NCBI RefSeq assembly: GCF_052425735.1
Contig: NC_135767.1
Location: 1,488,001-1,552,000, forward strand
Source: Oculina patagonica
Lineage: Eukaryota
DNA length: 64,000 nucleotides
Reading direction: 5' to 3'
Within the stretch, counting starts at the first letter, position 1; every line of letters begins with the position of its first letter. A program made the position numbers and the translations under genes. Positions 60,001 through 64,000 of the stretch are shown piece by piece. The notes beneath the pieces were generated by a model. That model did no database searches. It was given only the letters and a program-made list of their open reading frames with translations, and was not told where the DNA came from.

Positions 60001-62961
60001 TCCCGCGCCTGGGTTCAACCCCTATGAAGGGCGCGCGGAAGAGAGAGTTCAGGGACCGGACTAGGGAGAAACAGGATAAACGCGTGACGAGTCCAAAGAA
60101 CATCTTCTGCGTAGGAGGCTACAGTTTCCAGCAACAATGACAAAAACGAAGTAGCTACGTGAAATGCATTCACCTTATAGTTACGTAGTTGCCCAGTCCA
60201 ACCACATCCTCGTTCACTCTTCTTGCACTTCACACGAAGAGAAAGTATGTCCCTCTTCCAGGCCACATCGCTAAAAAACTGTGACAGGAAAGCAAATTAT
60301 AAAACGACCTTCATTGTTCAGTTTATCCAGGGAAGAAAGTGGTACAAACTCAAAAACTGCCGCCGAGACAACGCGACGTCACGACTTAAAATTTTAAACA
60401 ATTATAACCGTCAACACCGATTTTCGCTTTATTTCGTAGATTGAATTTAAAAGCTTGCTTCAATCCCTGACACTTATTCTCCTTAGTTTGTTACACGTTT
60501 GACAGCCAAAGTGGAAACAATTTATAGCGACAAACATACCGATTTAGTCGCCTTCTCAGCTGTTGTTTGGGCTCGTCACGCAAAGCTCCACCAAGCGTTT
60601 CGTGACGACACAAATAACGGCTGCAAAGGAGGCAAACGTTATGCTGGATTTCCACTGACGCGTAATTTTCTACGTGCGTTTACGTGCGTGAAAAAGTTTA
60701 GAGACAATGTATGAACGACTTGCGTACAGGTTTACGCAAGTCGTTCATACATTGTCTCTACATTTTTTTAAGCGCGTAAACGCACGTAAAAAATTACGCG
60801 ACAGTGGAAACCAACCTTTAGTCTCCCTCGCAGCCGTTTTTAGTGTCGTCGCCCGGGAGGAGCGTTGCGTGACAACACAAAAACGGCTGCGAGGGAGACT
60901 AGGCAAACATAGACATCAGGATCCTTCCTAGTTAAATATAATGAAGAGCGATAGGGATAACTGTGTTTATAGTTATGATTTGTTCAGCTCACGTTAGTTA
61001 GAACTCACCCCTTCATCTTCAGGAATAGGATTTCTTTCTTGCGGACAATGGTTGCCTCGCCTGAAGGGAGATAAATCGCAAATTCAAACTTATGATTTGC
61101 ATGCATGTTCATGACAATATTCAATAATTCAGTATCCAATATGCACAAGCTCCCATCGAGAGCTATTCAAAAAAAGCTAAAAGCAACTGACGAAGGAGCC
61201 AATAGTTTGGTTCCGAAACCGGTCTTGCGCTTTTTCAGTGATTCCTGAACTAGTACCAGCCGCTCAAAAGCAGAGATCAGAAGCTGAGGGCGTTAAATCC
61301 ATCCGGAATCGACTTACAGCACTGAAAACCAGACGAGCCAAATGTAAACGATCACTTCAAGTCCTCAGAGAACACGCGAGGAACTCCACGTGTCCCTACG
61401 GACTCCAATACAGACCGAGACCACACATCCGGTTCGACCAGACCTTCTAGACAGCCTGGCAGTCTAAGGATGGTCCGATACAGGTTTTTCAAAACGATAC
61501 GATATCGATACAATATTTGCCTTTTTCCTCGATATCAATATCGATTTTGACGCCATTTTCGTCCTGATGTCACGTGATTTGTCTGACCATACAAAGGGTC
61601 GTAAAGGACAGTCCTGACATTATAAATGATAGCTATGAATGTTGATTTTTGGTCTTTTTGTTTCACTGATGCATCAGCAATGTGTGGACATCAAGCAAGG
61701 CAATAAAAAAAATAAAATATTGACAAGAACATCAATATTTGTTTGAGCAAAACTACATTTTAAACCTCAGGTGCTGACCAGAAGACCGCAGGCTCAGGTC
61801 GCGTGTGCAGTATCGAAAACGTATCGAAAGTGCGATATTTGTCGAAAGTATCGATACTTTTCAAAATTGTCAAAATATCGGTGTATCGAATATCGGCCCA
61901 TCCTTACCTTGGACCATATCAGCCGAAACGCCCAGGCGGAACTACCGAGGTCTTGAAAGGACCCCTCCTCACAACTCTCAAAATCTTTGCCTTACAAACA
62001 CATTTTAAACCCACTGAAACTTTTCAATATACGGACTTCTCATCTTGCCACCCTTTAAACACTAAAAAGGGTTTTATCAAAGGAAAAGCGCTGCGCCTTT
62101 TAAGAACAAACTCAGTCAAAGAAAACTTTGAAACAAGCAAACAAGTCTTTAATTTGAACAATGACTCTGCGAAAGAGGCTACCCTTTAATACTCGTTCAT
62201 AAAATCTTGACTGCAGTTCAGTTCAGCGATAGAAAAGAGGCGCTCCAAAAGAAACTAGAGACTCTACCGTTACAACTTCCAACAACCCGGCCACCCACCA
62301 GCTACCCGCCGAATCCTAAAAAGATTCTTATAAAACACTGGCACATTTTCAACAACAGACTAAACTCAAACACATCTTTAACAAGCAACCGATTGTATAT
62401 TATAAAAAGGAAAAATCTCTCAAGGACATTCTTATCCGCGCATGCAAAACTTCCCTCAGTCAAACAACAATGAAAAAGCGATTAACCAATAAAGCGTGGA
62501 GGAAATTTGCATATGATCAGTTTTAAACCGACCCTATCTCAGTGTAACGGTCGTGCAATTTTTGACGATTACACAATAATTGGGTTTAATTCACTCCTGA
62601 TCACCAAACCCTTTCCGTTCAGTGATCACTTGCATTACGAACGTAGAAGCTGAGGACTTGTAGACTTTAATCAGAAACATTTGAGAGTCAGTGATAGAAC
62701 TGAACATTTTACTGTTGACAGTCCTTTAAAATCACATTTTGAACATCAGTGTTTAGGAGAAGTTAAGCATTTTCAAGAGCGCATGTATACAACAACATAC
62801 CTGAGTGCCTTTAACAAGCATGTTTTGCAAAAGCGGTGACCACAAGAAGTCTGCACTGGGTTTCGCATGGCAAGAAAACAAATGGGGCAAGTTTGGCATG
62901 GAGGTAACTCGTCTACAAACTCAAAATCATAGCCACCGTCAACTTCAGTTTCTTCCTCCAT
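55784..62961 (-). CDS. TRAF-like protein (RING, TRAF-type zinc fingers, coiled coil; no MATH domain), ~303 aa to first stop
   Basis: Exons 62961-62801, 61060-61009, 60278-60174, 59424-59266, 57766-57689, 56585-56508, 56062-55784(TAA). RING GGYDFEFV..CPICFLAMRNPVQTSCGHRFCKTC..CPQE, then RDILSLRVKC..RGCGWTG and repeated H-x3/4-C..C-x2/3-C fingers, typical of TRAF4/6-like proteins. The frame continues to a donor at 55704 and exon 54795-54708. Confidence 0.85.
58361..58425. mobile_element. 65-bp hairpin MITE with 9-bp TSD (Mutator-like)
   Basis: Perfect 23-bp TIR CTGACTCGTCCCCAGTCGTCTTC; TTGTTGCGC at 58352-58360 and 58426-58434. Confidence 0.85.
58529..58875. mobile_element. TIR element with TTAA-like target (Kolobok-like)
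   Basis: TIR GGAGGCTCGATGTAGTTTTTTTTAGCCC; flanks ATAA / TTAA. Confidence 0.7.
59588..60064. mobile_element. MITE in TRAF-like intron 3
   Basis: GTCCCTGAACTCTCTCTTCCGCG / CGCGGAAGAGAGAGTTCAGGGAC, plus an inner inverted pair. Confidence 0.7.
60645..60812. repeat. near-perfect ~170-bp palindromic element
   Basis: TTTCCACTG.CGCGTAATTTT..TAGAGACAATGTATGAACGACTTGCGTA-caggtt-TACGCAAGTCGTTCATACATTGTCTCTA..AAAATTACGCGACAGTGGAAA. Confidence 0.85.
61141..62473 (+). mobile_element. internally deleted Penelope-like retroelement remnant in TRAF-like intron 1
   Basis: TEVLKGP..QTHFKPTETFQYTDFSSCHPLNTKKGFIKGKALRLLRTNS resembles the PLE RT motif-7/thumb region. It contains frameshifts and stops, lacks most of the RT core, and is interrupted by a MITE. 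Confidence 0.75.
61465..61906. mobile_element. hAT-type MITE with TATCGA repeats inserted in the Penelope remnant
   Basis: TIR TAAGGATGGTCCGATA / TATCGGCCCATCCTTA. Confidence 0.75.
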
Positions 62962-63065
62962 CGTTGAAGCTAAAAGATTGAAAGACGGAACTGCAAAGTG
63001 AAGTGCTGATCGATGCTTAGATGAGTGTTTCGTCGGGCGTTATTGAGAGTCGGCTAGGATTAGGT

Positions 63066-63342
63066 TAGAGCAGCTTTCAGTTGAGTGTCGTAAAACCAAA
63101 ACCAAAGTATTACATGTGTTATTAGTCTGATCAATCACAAGGGACACTAACAATTCAGTAAACCAATCAAAACTCGAAGTAATTGCATAAAGTTGTCACG
63201 AAGCGCACGAAAACGTACGTTTGGTTTTACTTCTGATTGGCTGAGAAAGTGGCGCGAGATTTTTGAGCCAATTAATGAGCGTAGTAATGCAAAACCAAAG
63301 TAAAAGCAAACTATTTTCGACACTCAAGTGCAAACCGCTCTA
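63066..63342. mobile_element. MITE (TAGAGC..GCTCTA ends) just upstream of the TRAF-like start
   Basis: TAGAGCAGCTTTCAGTTGAGTGTCG / CGACACTCAAGTGCAAACCGCTCTA. Confidence 0.7.
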
Positions 63343-64000
63343 CAACAACATAATTGGTTTTAATCGTGCCAGATGCTAGTCACACGAGCGCTTTGTCCAA
63401 AAGTTCAAGCCCAATCGCAATCCAAGCCCTATCAAGCAATCGAAATAGATATATTACGGTCACATCTTGGCTAAAGACGGTGATTTGTTTTCAAAAAGTT
63501 CATCGAGTAGCTACGGGGAAAGAATTCGAGGAGGATTTCGAGCTTGTTTTTTTTATGCATTTGACGGTGAAAGCAGCCACAGGAAGAAATGCAACCCCAT
63601 TTCGGTGGCTATGAGTACGAATTTGATTACTTGCACGGGATTTTCTTGCATGCTCTTGGGTAAAATAATGCCAAAAAACACAGTTTCAAGTCTTTCAAGA
63701 TTTTTTACGAACTCCTTTTCTAATTTCTTGGCTGAGCCGATCAAGGGAATGTCTTAAGCCGATCAATGACAGTCCGCAAAATGGCAATTACCTCACCAAA
63801 AAAATCTGCTTTTCAATGCATTTATGGGCAGTCTTCGACAACAGTGCAAAGTATTGGAGGAAGGTTATAATTAAGGTTTATGTCGCGGCCTAATAATTTT
63901 TTAGATGATCAGTGGAGATTAAATAATTTCAAGAGTAGGTTTTTCCGTTGTGAGCCGGTCAGGTGAGTCGAAATAAGTCGTTCCTGCTGAGCGAGGCGTT

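Overview
Eukaryotic, intron-rich, AT-rich DNA; repeat types and gene content suggest an anthozoan cnidarian, probably a stony coral (inference). I traced four spliced host genes by hand through GT-AG sites and phases. (1) A 7-exon, two-TM KCNMB/BK-beta-like gene (+, 3684-8027). (2) A ~33-exon SLMAP orthologue (-, 41418-9720; FHA, coiled coil, tail anchor). (3) A 4-exon DED-STAND NTPase-TPR NLR-like gene (+, 44729-50785). (4) A MATH-less TRAF-like RING/zinc-finger/coiled-coil gene (-, 62961-55784) whose frame stays open past an in-frame TAA. An intact 4.36-kb hAT transposon with a 6-bp TSD sits in SLMAP intron 3, alongside many MITEs, a tRNA-SINE and a deleted Penelope-like element. Most notable: an intact, selected-looking inverted paralogue of the NLR-like gene's last exon (53658-53921) that has no parent gene in the window and lies where the TRAF gene's missing MATH exon would be. 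Also notable: 15 consecutive symmetric phase-1 SLMAP exons (eight of exactly 63 nt), a recent tandem duplication of the SLMAP promoter/exon 1 with a templated insertion, and a ~440-bp-arm inverted repeat just before the SLMAP tail-anchor exon. All gene models are manual and lack transcript support.
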